From: Candidatus Eiseniibacteriota bacterium
GTDB taxonomy: Bacteria > Eisenbacteria > RBG-16-71-46 > JABDJR01
DNA: 64,000 nucleotides
Direction: 5' to 3'
Assembly: GCA_963783375.1 (NCBI GenBank)
Contig: CAWANH010000028.1
Location: 768,001-832,000, forward strand
The notes under the pieces: model-generated
What the model was told of the DNA's origin: nothing
Databases searched by the model: none
What the model saw: the letters and a program-made list of their open reading frames with translations, nothing else
Made by a program: the position numbers and the translations under genes
Part shown: piece by piece, positions 34,301-43,536 of the stretch
Layout of the letters: every line of letters starts with the position of its first letter
How positions within the stretch are numbered: position 1 is the stretch's first letter

Positions 34301-34462
34301 GACCCCGTAGTTCATCACCACCACGAAGGCCCAGGGGAAGGAGACGTTGGGGATCTGCTCCTGGGGGATGGTGGCGAGGGAGAACATGCCGAACGCGATG
34401 ATCGCCACCATCACCAGGTTCACCAGGACCGGGTTGGAAACCGACAGGCGCGGGGGCGACAT
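31316..34462 (-). CDS. RND efflux permease (AcrB/AcrD/AcrF family)
   Basis: GVSPEEIEKTITVPLE, GMLVDDAIVVIEN, GVAVNNSIVL, RVRPILLTSVTT; start moved to ATG 34462. Confidence 0.95.
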   Translation of the reverse strand: MSPPRLSVSNPVLVNLVMVAIIAFGMFSLATIPQEQIPNVSFPWAFVVVMNYGVSPEEIEKTITVPLEEELQNVDDLNAMTSISREGGAFVWLKFETMPDDKFQLRLQDVRAAVNKVRLPDAAEEPDVSQFKTQDFAPLVSVVITGDVPEHQMKAIAEDLKDDILDIPKVSRVQISGVREREVWVEANPARLERFGLSLDQVAMAIGSKHLNLTGGDLQTGRMDYRVRTMGEAEKIEELQNVIVRASPGGGLVRVGDVAKVSDTFREEETRSKFNGKPSVTLTVSKKQDGHSITIVDRIKEVAEGYRETRLPPGAAITFTNDSSDFIKDILSTLKMNAWMGMLLVAVTLFIFLGWRQAAFAVVGIPVALALTFVFLRFTGHTVNGSSLFGLVLVLGMLVDDAIVVIENCFRYMELGMPARQAAVVGTREVMVPVLTSAGTTMAAFLPLMLLPGVIGDFMRIIPGVVSMALAASLFESFFILPSHVAEWSGKRKRRERPLVDFSGVRHLYRRLLARTIRRRYWVLGGATLLILASLPIAFTVGVDMFADEEVPFFFVYATMPEGTRLDATDATLAKLERIARESIPGSDLKHVRSVAGMQETEGEWIVKPSVGELVVELRDKNDRRFEVEELMNRMREKAEWVPGIQAIEFHRVSSGPPTGAPVEVKVRGDHLDELSAAAEEVKTSLAGMDGVKDIRDDFLASTPELRVKVDEEKAAMYGLTVAQVASTVHAAFQGRVATQFLEGDDDIDVLVRLDKASRSERIDLSDLIVVTPTGRRLYLKDVADIREEAGYATIKHDEKRRAITVTANVDKRKITGVEANQRLMEFWPTIALRHPGYDLKFGGEFKEFQEAFTNLGLLFLMGIAIMLVIMAAQFNSITQPLIIFMAVIFAFWGAVMGLFLIRSPFSVNNLFGLVALAGVAVNNSIVLISFVNTLRERGASRLRAVLKAGNLRVRPILLTSVTTIVGLLPMAIGLGGYSEVWGPLAVVMVFGLTASSVLSLFLIPCLYLSLGDLKRFALRRTLAEERVRWKSRTARRREVASVDHGQG

Positions 34463-35589
34463 CAACGGACCTCCTCCACCCGGACCGGAACGCCGTCGGC
34501 GAGCCGGGCCTGGCCCAGCACCACCACCGAATCCCCCGCCGCCGCGCCCTGGAGAACCGCGACCATCTGGCCCGAGCGCGGCCCCAGGACCGCGGTCCGC
34601 GCGGCCGCCGCGCCGTCCACCACCACGTAGAAGAGGTTCCCGCCCTTCGACTCCACCAGCGCATCGACCGGGAGGAGGGGCGCCGCGTCGTATACCCGGT
34701 CGATGATCTCGCACCGGGCCACCATGCCGCCCTTGAGCGGATGCCCCTCGGGGTTCACGACCTCGATCTCCACCGGGAACTGCCCGCTCTCCGGATCGGC
34801 CTGGGGTCCGACCGCGGTCACGGCGCCGGTGAAGCTCCCGCCGGGGACCGCGTCCACGGTGAGGGCAACCGGGCTTCCCGGCTTCACCCGGGGGAGGTCT
34901 TCCTCGGAGATCGCCGCCTCCACCCGGACCCGGGCGATGTCCACCAGGCTGGTGAGCGGCGCGCCCAGCGACACCGAGGTGCCCACGTCGGGAAGGCGCG
35001 AGGCCACTTCCCCGGCGAAGGGGGCGCGAAGCCGGGCCCCAGCCAGGTTCTTCCTGGCCTGCTCCACCGCGGCGTCCGCGGCGGCGGCGGCGGCTTCGGC
35101 CTGGGCGTGGAAGGCGCGGGCCCCCTCCATCTCGCTGTCCGAGATCGTGCCCTGGCCGTAGAGGGCCTGGGCGCGGTCGAGATCGCGCTTCGCCTTGTCC
35201 CGGGCGATGTGGGCGGCCTCCGCCGAGGCCTCCGATTCGCGAACCCGGGCGTCATGGAGGCCGGGGTCGATTTCGATCAGCACGCGGCCGGCCTCGACCC
35301 GCTCCCCGAGCTTCGCCCCGACCGCGGCCACCCGGCCCGAGACCTCGGCGGTGAACTTCGCCTCCCGGCTCGGCCTCACCGTTCCCCAGGCGCGGACCGA
35401 AGCCTGGGCGCGGCCGGCGGCGAGGACGTGGACGGCCACCGGCACCGGCCGACGGACCCCGGTGGTGTCGGCGGCGGCGTTCTCCGTTTCCCCGCCTCTT
35501 CCGCAGGCGACCAGGGCGGCGGTGGCACCCAGCAGGGCGGCGGCGAGGACCGCGGACTTCAGGGTAAGGACGCGCCGTGGGAACAGCAT
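34462..35589 (-). CDS. RND periplasmic adaptor (MFP), lipoprotein
   Basis: LVAC lipobox, AEVSGRV, LRAPFAG, LKGGMVAR, LGQARLADG. Confidence 0.93.
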   Translation of the reverse strand: MLFPRRVLTLKSAVLAAALLGATAALVACGRGGETENAAADTTGVRRPVPVAVHVLAAGRAQASVRAWGTVRPSREAKFTAEVSGRVAAVGAKLGERVEAGRVLIEIDPGLHDARVRESEASAEAAHIARDKAKRDLDRAQALYGQGTISDSEMEGARAFHAQAEAAAAAADAAVEQARKNLAGARLRAPFAGEVASRLPDVGTSVSLGAPLTSLVDIARVRVEAAISEEDLPRVKPGSPVALTVDAVPGGSFTGAVTAVGPQADPESGQFPVEIEVVNPEGHPLKGGMVARCEIIDRVYDAAPLLPVDALVESKGGNLFYVVVDGAAAARTAVLGPRSGQMVAVLQGAAAGDSVVVLGQARLADGVPVRVEEVR

Positions 35590-35682
35590 GGTTCAACCCT
35601 CCCGGCCGGGCCGGTTGGAATGCGATTCAGGACGCCGGGCTGGGGGAGGGTCGCGGCGCGTCACCGCCTCGACCCCGGGGGA

Positions 35683-36066
35683 TTACTCGTCCTCGCTGTA
35701 CGTCACACAGGAATCCGGGGTTTCGAAGATCCGCACCGCCGCCAGCCCCGCCCGTCCTCCGCTCGCTTCGGCGATCTTCGACTTGAGCTCCCCGTAAAAC
35801 CAGGCCGCCACCGCCTCCGCGGTGGGGTTCACCTCGTCGAAGGGGGGGACCTGGTTCAGGTTCCGATGGTCCACGCGATCGATGAGGGGTCCGAGGACCC
35901 GGTCCAGGGCGACGAAGTCCAGGAGCATGCGCTGGGCGTCGAGTTCCTCCCCCCGCACCACGATCTCCACCCGGTAGTTGTGGCCGTGATTGCGGGAGCA
36001 GGGGCCGTCGTAGTCCCGAAGGGAGTGGGCGGCGGCGAACTCGGCGGTCTTTTGAATCTCGTACAT
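35683..36066 (-). CDS. queD: 6-carboxy-5,6,7,8-tetrahydropterin synthase
   Basis: FAAAHSL, CSRNHGHNY, LLDF, DHRNLN, NPTAE, ETP. Confidence 0.95.
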   Translation of the reverse strand: MYEIQKTAEFAAAHSLRDYDGPCSRNHGHNYRVEIVVRGEELDAQRMLLDFVALDRVLGPLIDRVDHRNLNQVPPFDEVNPTAEAVAAWFYGELKSKIAEASGGRAGLAAVRIFETPDSCVTYSEDE

Positions 36067-36341
36067 GATCGTGGCTTCCGCGGCTCGGGGCCGCCGTCAC
36101 ACACCCCGTTGTTCCACAACAAGTTGAAGTTTCAGGGGCGGGGACCCGGGCCTCCGGGGCCCGCCTTTCGACCGGGGGGGTCGCAGTATACCATCCCCCG
36201 GGGCCGCCACGCCGCGAGGGAGCCTTGCGTCCTCCTGCCGCCGACCGGGATGGGCCGGACGGGCCCCCCCCGGCGGGGCTCCCCGTTGACACCCCTCCCC
36301 ACCGCGGCGAGACTCGGCGCCCGTACCCCCGAGGAGATCCC

Positions 36342-37661
36342 ATGGTGACCACATCCCCGCCCAAGCGCACGCTTCCGGGCCGGCTCGGGTCGCGAACCGT
36401 GCGCGGGATCGCCCTCGGGATCTTCGGCCTGGTCGTGGCGGTGCTCCTGGTCCAGACCCTCCACAAGGCCTCCCGTCCCGGCGGCTACGACTTCACCAGC
36501 TACCTTGCTTCGGCGCGGGCGCTCTGGCACGGAGAGAATCCCTATGTCACCGACACGCCCTTCCCCTACATCTATCCCCTGACCCTCGCCTTCGCCCTCG
36601 GGCCCCTCACCCTGATCCCGCCCCGGCTCGCCGACGGGATCTGGTTCGCCCTGAACCTGGGCGCGGTGGCCTGGGCGGTTCGGCTCGTTCTGGAGGCGAA
36701 CGCGCCGCGGCTCGGGGTTCGCCGGTTGGGGGCGTTGTCCGCGCCGCTGGTCCTTCTCTTCCTGCTTCTGCTCGCCCCGATCCAGAACAATCTCCTGAAC
36801 GGGCAGGTGAATCCGGTGGTCCTGCTTCTCTGCGCGCTCTTCCTCCGGGCCTACCTCCGCGGATCCCGCCTCGCGGCCACCGCTTTCCTGGGGCTGGCCG
36901 CCGCGATCAAGCTGGTGCCCCTGGTCTTTCTCCTCTTCCTGCTCGTCCGCCGCGATTTCCGCGCCTTCGGGCTCGCCCTCGCCTGGACCGTCTTCTTCTG
37001 CTTCCTACCGGCGGCGGTGGCGGGCGGCCACCTCCTCCCCTGGTATCGAAGCTACGTCCACGCGTTTCTCCTGGAACGGGCGGCGGGGGCGACGTCGTCC
37101 TCGGTTTACTTCACTCCCGCCGGGTTCCTCTCCGCGCTGGTTCCCGACCTGGCCGGCCACCTCTGGGTGTCCGCCCTGTCGGCTTTCGGCGTGATCACGG
37201 CGCTCCTTCTCCTCGACCGGGACCCCGAACGCCCCGCCGCCGCGGCCTGGAACTTCAACCTGTATCTCCTGGCCATCCTGCTCCTCTCGCCCATGTCCGA
37301 ACGCCACCACCTGCTCTTTCTGGCCCCACCCGCCGTCCTCGCCACCTTGGGTCTCTGGCTCGTCCCGCCCTGGCGCACGCGGGGCGCGTGGATCGCCGCC
37401 GTCCTGTTCTGGGCGCTGCTCTTCGCCGGCGGCGCCGACAAGCACGGGCCGTACTATTTTCTGGCCGTGGCCGCGTTGTTCTACCTCACCGCGTGGCTGG
37501 GCACGGGCCGTCGCGCCCGCCTCGCCGAGGCCTCGGGGGAGAGGGTTTCCCCCCTCCGGGGGTCGGCTAGAATGGTTCCTTCCAACCGCAACCCGACCGG
37601 CAATCCAAAGGATGTTTCATGGCGTTCGATCTCTTCAGCGGCCTTCCCAACCCGCTTCTGA
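36342..37661 (+). CDS. Glycosyltransferase family 87 (GT-C, DUF2029) membrane protein
   Basis: YDFTSY, GENPY, PYIYP, NNLLNGQVN, AAAIKLVP, SPMSERHH; ATG 36342 after GAGGAG. Confidence 0.88.
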   Translation: MVTTSPPKRTLPGRLGSRTVRGIALGIFGLVVAVLLVQTLHKASRPGGYDFTSYLASARALWHGENPYVTDTPFPYIYPLTLAFALGPLTLIPPRLADGIWFALNLGAVAWAVRLVLEANAPRLGVRRLGALSAPLVLLFLLLLAPIQNNLLNGQVNPVVLLLCALFLRAYLRGSRLAATAFLGLAAAIKLVPLVFLLFLLVRRDFRAFGLALAWTVFFCFLPAAVAGGHLLPWYRSYVHAFLLERAAGATSSSVYFTPAGFLSALVPDLAGHLWVSALSAFGVITALLLLDRDPERPAAAAWNFNLYLLAILLLSPMSERHHLLFLAPPAVLATLGLWLVPPWRTRGAWIAAVLFWALLFAGGADKHGPYYFLAVAALFYLTAWLGTGRRARLAEASGERVSPLRGSARMVPSNRNPTGNPKDVSWRSISSAAFPTRF

Positions 37662-38479
37662 CCAAGCCCTTCGCGGTGATCGACTTCGAGACCACCGGGC
37701 TCTACCCGGCGGTGGGGGACGAGATCGTGGAGATCGGCCTGGCCCGGGTGGAGAACGGCGAGTTCGTGAAGGAGTTCTCCGAGCTGGTGGATCCCGGACG
37801 GGAGATGGACCCCGTCGCGGCCCAGGTGAGCGGGATCACCGCGGAGATGCTGGGGGGGAAGCCGCGCTTCGAGGAGGTGGCCGACGCGTTCCTGACCCTT
37901 CTCGACGGCGCGATCATCGTGGCCCACAACGCCGAATTCGACATGGCGTTCCTCCAGTACAAGCTGGAGAAGATGGGGCGCACCCAGCTCCCGAACCCGG
38001 TCATGGATACCCTGGAGCTGGCCCGGGCCCAGGACGATCCCGGCCCGTTCTCCCTGGGAGTCCTGGCCAACCGGCTGGGGATCGAGGGGCCGCACGCCCA
38101 TCGCGCCCTGGACGACGCGCGCATGGCCGGACAGGTCCTCCTCAAGTACCTCGAGGAGTACCACAAGCGTGGCCAGGACGACATCACCCGGATCCCCGGC
38201 TACCGCACCTCCTATCAGTTCGCCATCGGGGGGCCGGGACGCGGCGAGGACAACAGCTTCCAGACGGTGGTGGAGAACATCCGCCGGGCCATCGCCGCCC
38301 ACGCCGACCTGGAGATCGCCTATCGAGGCTCCGGCGGCCAGACCCGCCGTCGCGTCACCCCCAAGGACATCCGGGGGATGAGCATGCGGGCCTACTGCCA
38401 CCTCCGCGAGGAGGACCGGGACTTCCGGCTGGACCGGATCCTGGAGTGCGCGGAGGTTGCGGCCAAGCCGGGTAGCTAG
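37619..38479 (+). CDS. DEDDh 3'-5' exonuclease (DnaQ-like) fused to a C-terminal WYL domain
   Basis: VIDFETTG, VAHNAEFD, HRALDDA; WYL: IRRAIAAH..LEIAY..RRRVTP..RAYCHLREEDRDFRLDRI. Confidence 0.9.
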   Translation: MAFDLFSGLPNPLLTKPFAVIDFETTGLYPAVGDEIVEIGLARVENGEFVKEFSELVDPGREMDPVAAQVSGITAEMLGGKPRFEEVADAFLTLLDGAIIVAHNAEFDMAFLQYKLEKMGRTQLPNPVMDTLELARAQDDPGPFSLGVLANRLGIEGPHAHRALDDARMAGQVLLKYLEEYHKRGQDDITRIPGYRTSYQFAIGGPGRGEDNSFQTVVENIRRAIAAHADLEIAYRGSGGQTRRRVTPKDIRGMSMRAYCHLREEDRDFRLDRILECAEVAAKPGS

Positions 38480-38549
38480 GCCTCCGCCGCCTTCGCCTCC
38501 CGCCGGTCCGCCACCTTGGCGGTGATCCGGTCTACGAGCCGGCGGGGTC

Positions 38550-39047
38550 CTATCCCTTGCCCCGCTGTTCCTCCAGGGTTCGGCGAAGGATCGGCAGGAC
38601 CGCGAGATCCCGCTCGGTCCCCATGCTCTCCTTGAGTTCGATGAGGGTCGGCAGATCCACGACGTGGATGGGCACGCCGTCGTCGATCTCCAGGATCACG
38701 GATCGGGGCAGAAGCTCTTCGAATCCCCGGCCGTCCCTTACCCTCCCCAGCACATCGAGCGGCCCTGCCCTGGTGATCAGGAGGTGGTGCCCCGGCGACG
38801 TGAGGCGGTTCGGATCGGGGTGGAGGGATTGGTCCGGGCGTTCCCGGTAGCGCGCGTCGAGTTCGGACAGCGCATCGGCAAGTCGACGGCAATTTGCGGC
38901 CGATCGCGCATGCACGATATCCAGGTCGAAGGTCGATACCGGCGCCCCATGGAGCACGGCCGATACCCCCCCGATCACGATGAACTCCACATCGTGGGCG
39001 TGGAGCGCGCGCAGGGCGCCGACGAAGTCAGGGGCGACGTCTGGCAC
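38550..39047 (-). CDS. Pol-beta-like nucleotidyltransferase domain protein
   Basis: VEFIVIGGVSAVLHG..TFDLDI, GPLDV, LIELK...RDL. Confidence 0.85.
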   Translation of the reverse strand: MPDVAPDFVGALRALHAHDVEFIVIGGVSAVLHGAPVSTFDLDIVHARSAANCRRLADALSELDARYRERPDQSLHPDPNRLTSPGHHLLITRAGPLDVLGRVRDGRGFEELLPRSVILEIDDGVPIHVVDLPTLIELKESMGTERDLAVLPILRRTLEEQRGKG

Positions 39048-39204
39048 GGCGGAGTTCGATGATCGCGCGGGCGTTCCGTTGGAGCGCGTCCAGCCGCTCC
39101 GCGGGGGTGAGGGAGAGCATCCAGCGGATCAGGCTCACGTCCACCCCGTCGCCGCGCGGCGGAGCCGGGGGCCGGTCGGTTTCTTGATTCGCCTGAACGT
39201 CCAT
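39028..39204 (-). CDS. 58-aa small protein upstream of the nucleotidyltransferase (putative antitoxin/partner)
   Basis: Manual translation: MDVQANQETDRPPAPPRGDGVDVSLIRWMLSLTPAERLDALQRNARAIIELRRARRRP*; overlaps the NTase start by 20 nt. Confidence 0.75.
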   Translation of the reverse strand: MDVQANQETDRPPAPPRGDGVDVSLIRWMLSLTPAERLDALQRNARAIIELRRARRRP

Positions 39205-39244
39205 GATGGAGCAAGAATACCACCGCGCCGGCGCCCGGTGGGGA

Positions 39245-42200
39245 TCACGCCTCCGCTGTTTTCGCCTCCCGCCGGTCCCGCCGGCCCTGGACGGTGAACC
39301 GGTCGAGCATGGTGTAGAGCACCGGGATCAGGTAGAGGGACAGCACCCCCGAAGCCAGGATCCCGCCCATGGTCACCACCGCCATGGCCACGGTGTAGGC
39401 CGCGCCCGCGCCGCCCACCGCCTGGGGGAGGATGCCGGCCAGGATGGCCATCGTGGTCATCACGATCGGGCGCAAGCGCCCCGGCGAGGCCTCGGCGATT
39501 GCCTCCACCGCGTTCTTCCCCCTGGCCCGGAGCTGGCTCGCCAGATCCAATATCAGGATCGCGTTGTTCACCACGATCCCCACCAGCATCACCACCGCCA
39601 TGAGCGAGAAGATGTTGATGGTGGCTCCGGTGAGGAACAGGGACCAAGCCACCCCGACCAGGCCCAGGGGCAGGGTGAACATGATGGTGAAGGGGTGGAT
39701 GAACGATTCCAGGATCGCGGCCAGGATCAGGTAGGTGAGCACGATGGCCAGGATCAGGGCCCTGAAGATCTGGGTGAACGACTCCCCGAGGTTCTCGAAC
39801 TGGCCCGAGTACTCCACGTGGTAGCCGGCGGGGATGTTCATGGCCGCCACCCTGGCCTGGATGGCGTTCACCTTCTCCACCAGGGTCCCCGAACCGATGT
39901 TGGCGCTCACGCTGACCATGCGCTCCTTGTTCTTGCGGGTGATCTCGGCCAGGCCCCGCCGCCGGCCCAGGTCCCCCAGGGCGTCCAGGGGAACCGGTCC
40001 GGTCGCGCCGGAGAACCGCACCCGGGGAAGGGTGGTCAGCTGCCCGCGCTCGGAGGGCGTCATGCGCACGCGGATGTCGTACTCCTCCCCCGCCTCGCGG
40101 TACTTCGAGGCCACCGTTCCCTCGTACAGCGTCCGGAGCTCGCCCCCGACCCCGGCCAGGGCCAGCATGCGGTCCGCCATCTCCTGGCGATCGGGACGGA
40201 ACACGATCTCGGGCTTGCCGGGCTTGGCGCTCGAGTTGACGTCCACCAGCCCGGGAATCGAGGCCATGGCGTCGTTCAGGCTGTCGGCGATGGCGCGGAT
40301 GGTGTCGAGCTCGGGTCCGAGCACCTCCACCACGATGTCCTGCTGGTTTCCCCCGAATTCCGAGGCGATCTGCACCTGGATGTCGGCGGCGGGGAGGCCG
40401 GCCAACCGGGTCCGGAGATCGTTCATGATCTCCTGGATCCCGCGCTTTCGCTCCGCGGCCGGGGTGAGACGGATGGTGAGGTCGCCGACCTCCACCCCCT
40501 GGTTGTCGCCCCCCACGGTGAGCAGCACGGCATCGATCTCGGGCACGTGCTTCCGGGCGACGTCCTGGATCTCCGACAGCACGTCGTGGGTCTGGTCCAG
40601 GGTGCTCCCCGCGGGAAGGGTCACCGCCACCTGGATGAACCCGGCGTCGGATTGGGGGAGGAACTCCCCACCGACCCACTTGAAGAGCATCAGGCTGCCC
40701 ACGAACACCACGGTGACGAGGATGAGGGTGCGGAGCCGGTGTCCGAGCGACCAGATCACGCTTCGCCGGTAACCCGCCTCCACCTTCCGGTAACCCGCGT
40801 CCCATGCCTTGGCCAACCGGAGGAACGGAGCCTCCAGGACGGCCAGGCCCCGGCGGTGTCCGGCCACACGCTTCGCCTGCTCCTCCTTGGACTTGAGCAC
40901 CTTCGCCGCCAGCATGGGGGTCAGGGTGAAGCTCACGAAGAGCGAGAACACGGTGGCGAACACCACGGTGAGCCCGAACTGGACGAAGAACTGGCCGATG
41001 ATCCCGCCCATGAAGGCGATGGGGGTGAACACCACGATGTTGGTCATGGCGGTGGCGGCCACCGCGATGGCGATCTCGTCGGTCCCCTTCTGGGCGGCGG
41101 TGGGCGGATCTTCCCCCAGGTCGTCGATGTGGCTCTGGATGCTTTCCAGCACCACGATGGCGTTGGTGACCAGCACCCCGATGGAGATCCCCAAGGCCAG
41201 CAGGGTCATGATGTTGATGGTGAAGTGCGCGAAGTCGAGCAGCAGGAAGGTGGCGATGATCGAGGTGGGCATGGCCACCGCCGCCACCAGGGTGGTCCGG
41301 AGGTTGTGGAGGAAGAGGTAGAGGATGATGGTGGTGAGGAGGATCCCGATCAGGATGTTCACCAGCACGTCGTGGACCGCCTGGCGGATGAAGGTCGAGT
41401 TGTCCCTAATGATCTCGATCTTCATGCCCTCGGGAAGCTGCCGGTTGAGCGCGGCCACCCGGGTCCGCACCGCGTCTGCGGTTCCTACCGTGTTGGCGTC
41501 GGTCCGCTTCTGGATGGACAGCGCCACCGCGTTCCGGCCGTCGGCCTCGGCCAGGTCCCGCGGCTCCACCGAGCCGTCCACCACCCGGGCCACGTCCTCC
41601 ACCCGCACCGTCTTGGGGGAGCCGGGCATGTTGACCGGAAGCCGGCGGAGCTGGTTCAGGTCGGAGAATTCGCCGAGCACCCGGAGGGTGTACTCCTGGT
41701 TCGGCCGCTCGAGCAATCCGGCGGGGACGCTCAGGTTCTCCCGGGCGATGGTGGAGGTGACCCGGCTCGCGTCCAGCCCGTAGGCGGCCAGCTTCTCCGG
41801 ATCCACGTCCACGTGGATCTCGCGCTCATTTCCTCCCACGATGCTCACCGAAGCCACGCCGGGGGCCTGGGAAAGCTGGTCCTTGAGCTGCTTGTCCGCC
41901 ACCCGGTAGAGCTCGCGCCCGGACTGGGGCCCGGTCAGGGCCAGGTTCATGATGGGAAGCGAGTTGACGTCGAACTTCACCACCGCAGGTTTCTTGGCGT
42001 CGGTGGGAAGGTCGTTCACCACCGCGTCGACCTTCTCCTTGACGTCGATCGCCGCGAGGTCCACGTCCGTCCCGATCTGGAACTCGATCAGGAGCAGCGA
42101 GAGTCCCTCGCGATTGATGGAGTCGAGCCGTTTGATGTTGGCCAGGGTCGAGACCGCGTCCTCGATCTTCTTCGAAACCTGGCTCTCGACCTCCTCCGGC

Positions 42201-42364
42201 CCCGCCCCCGGATAGATGGTGGTCACGGTGACGAAGGGGAACTCCACGTTGGGGAAGAGGTCCACCACCAGGCGGAGGTAGGCGAAGATCCCGAGCACCA
42301 GGAAGATGAGGACGATCACCGTGGTGAGGACGGGGCGGCGGACCGCCATGCGGGAGAGAATCAC
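39245..42364 (-). CDS. RND efflux permease (AcrB family)
   Basis: YPGAGPEEVESQVSKKIE, GVLVTNAIVVLES, GIVVNNAILILD, RLRPIVMTT. Confidence 0.95.
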   Translation of the reverse strand: MILSRMAVRRPVLTTVIVLIFLVLGIFAYLRLVVDLFPNVEFPFVTVTTIYPGAGPEEVESQVSKKIEDAVSTLANIKRLDSINREGLSLLLIEFQIGTDVDLAAIDVKEKVDAVVNDLPTDAKKPAVVKFDVNSLPIMNLALTGPQSGRELYRVADKQLKDQLSQAPGVASVSIVGGNEREIHVDVDPEKLAAYGLDASRVTSTIARENLSVPAGLLERPNQEYTLRVLGEFSDLNQLRRLPVNMPGSPKTVRVEDVARVVDGSVEPRDLAEADGRNAVALSIQKRTDANTVGTADAVRTRVAALNRQLPEGMKIEIIRDNSTFIRQAVHDVLVNILIGILLTTIILYLFLHNLRTTLVAAVAMPTSIIATFLLLDFAHFTINIMTLLALGISIGVLVTNAIVVLESIQSHIDDLGEDPPTAAQKGTDEIAIAVAATAMTNIVVFTPIAFMGGIIGQFFVQFGLTVVFATVFSLFVSFTLTPMLAAKVLKSKEEQAKRVAGHRRGLAVLEAPFLRLAKAWDAGYRKVEAGYRRSVIWSLGHRLRTLILVTVVFVGSLMLFKWVGGEFLPQSDAGFIQVAVTLPAGSTLDQTHDVLSEIQDVARKHVPEIDAVLLTVGGDNQGVEVGDLTIRLTPAAERKRGIQEIMNDLRTRLAGLPAADIQVQIASEFGGNQQDIVVEVLGPELDTIRAIADSLNDAMASIPGLVDVNSSAKPGKPEIVFRPDRQEMADRMLALAGVGGELRTLYEGTVASKYREAGEEYDIRVRMTPSERGQLTTLPRVRFSGATGPVPLDALGDLGRRRGLAEITRKNKERMVSVSANIGSGTLVEKVNAIQARVAAMNIPAGYHVEYSGQFENLGESFTQIFRALILAIVLTYLILAAILESFIHPFTIMFTLPLGLVGVAWSLFLTGATINIFSLMAVVMLVGIVVNNAILILDLASQLRARGKNAVEAIAEASPGRLRPIVMTTMAILAGILPQAVGGAGAAYTVAMAVVTMGGILASGVLSLYLIPVLYTMLDRFTVQGRRDRREAKTAEA

Positions 42365-43536
42365 CGGGTCGTCTCCTCACTCGCGGGGGCGGCCGAACCC
42401 GAATTCGTCACGAGCTTCCCATCCAGCTTGTGGAAGAGCACCTTGATCCCCTCGCGGAGCCGGTTGGCCCCGAACACCACCACCACCTCGCCGGCCTGGA
42501 GCCCGTCGGTCACCTGGGCCCGGTCCTCGGCGATCGCGCCCAGGCGCACGCTCCGGCGCCGTGCCTTCCCGTCCACCACCACGAACACCTCCTGATCGCT
42601 TCCCGGGACCACCTCCTGCTCCCCGAGGAGCGCGGCCCGCGGCACGGTGAGGGCGTCGTTCAGGCGGCGGGTCGCCACCGAGAGGGTCACGAACTGTCCG
42701 GGCCGAAGCACCAGATTCCGGTTGGCCAGCACCGCCTCCACCTCGTAGAGCCGGCTGGCCGGGTCCGCGCCCAGCGCCACCCGCCGGATCCGCCCCTCCC
42801 CCACCGTCACGTCGGGAGAAGTGAGGGGGTCGGTTCCGGCGGCGAACCCGGGACCCAGGTCGAGATTCGCCCGGGCCCGGGATCCCTTGGCGATGTCCCG
42901 GGCCGCGTCCGAGGAGACCTCGGCGACGACGCGCACCGAGTCCAGGGCGGCCACCTGGGCCACGGTCTGGCCGGCGACCACCGACTGCCCCGGAGTCACG
43001 CCGACCAGGGTCACCACCCCGTCGATGGGCGAACGCTCTTCCACCTGGAGCCGGGCGTCGCGCAGGTTGGCCTCCGCCACCTGGAGCTGGGTCCGCGCGT
43101 TGTCGAGATCGCTCTCCGAGACCGCTCCCTTCTCGAAAAGCGGCTCCAGGCGGTCCACCTGCCGCTTGGCGTTGTCGAAGGAGGCCTGGCTCTGTTGGAG
43201 CCGCGCCGCCATGTCGGGGGCGGTGTGGACGTCGTAGTCGAGGAGCCGGTCGCCGCGGGAGACGCTCTGCCCCTCCCGGACGTAGACGCTCTTCACCTTG
43301 TGGTCGGCGCGGGCGGAAACGTTGGTCTGCTCCCAGCCCTCCACCTCGCCGCTCACCTCGCGGGTCACGGTCAGGGTGTCGAGGCGGGCGGTGACCGCGT
43401 CCACCGGGACTCCCTCCTCGGCCTGGATCTCCTCGATCCCCCGGGCCGGTTGCTTCTCCCCCCGGGAGGTGATCCGAAGCGCCACCATCGCCACCAGGGC
43501 GGCCACCACCGCCAATCCGATCACCAGCTTCCTCAT
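42361..43536 (-). CDS. RND periplasmic adaptor (MFP)
   Basis: N-terminal TM, VREGQSVSRGD, SPIDGVV, LRPGQFV, GLQAGEVVVVFG. Confidence 0.93.
   Translation of the reverse strand: MRKLVIGLAVVAALVAMVALRITSRGEKQPARGIEEIQAEEGVPVDAVTARLDTLTVTREVSGEVEGWEQTNVSARADHKVKSVYVREGQSVSRGDRLLDYDVHTAPDMAARLQQSQASFDNAKRQVDRLEPLFEKGAVSESDLDNARTQLQVAEANLRDARLQVEERSPIDGVVTLVGVTPGQSVVAGQTVAQVAALDSVRVVAEVSSDAARDIAKGSRARANLDLGPGFAAGTDPLTSPDVTVGEGRIRRVALGADPASRLYEVEAVLANRNLVLRPGQFVTLSVATRRLNDALTVPRAALLGEQEVVPGSDQEVFVVVDGKARRRSVRLGAIAEDRAQVTDGLQAGEVVVVFGANRLREGIKVLFHKLDGKLVTNSGSAAPASEETTR

Noticed and set aside
35590-36340. preQ1 riboswitch near queD
   Set aside because: No AGAGGTTCTAG-type stem or A-rich 3' tail found upstream of queD or queE
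39203-42595. Very long antisense ORFs (also 58979-62134, 13574-15358, 7091-8776 and others)
   Set aside because: Shadow ORFs of real genes, expected from high-GC codon bias
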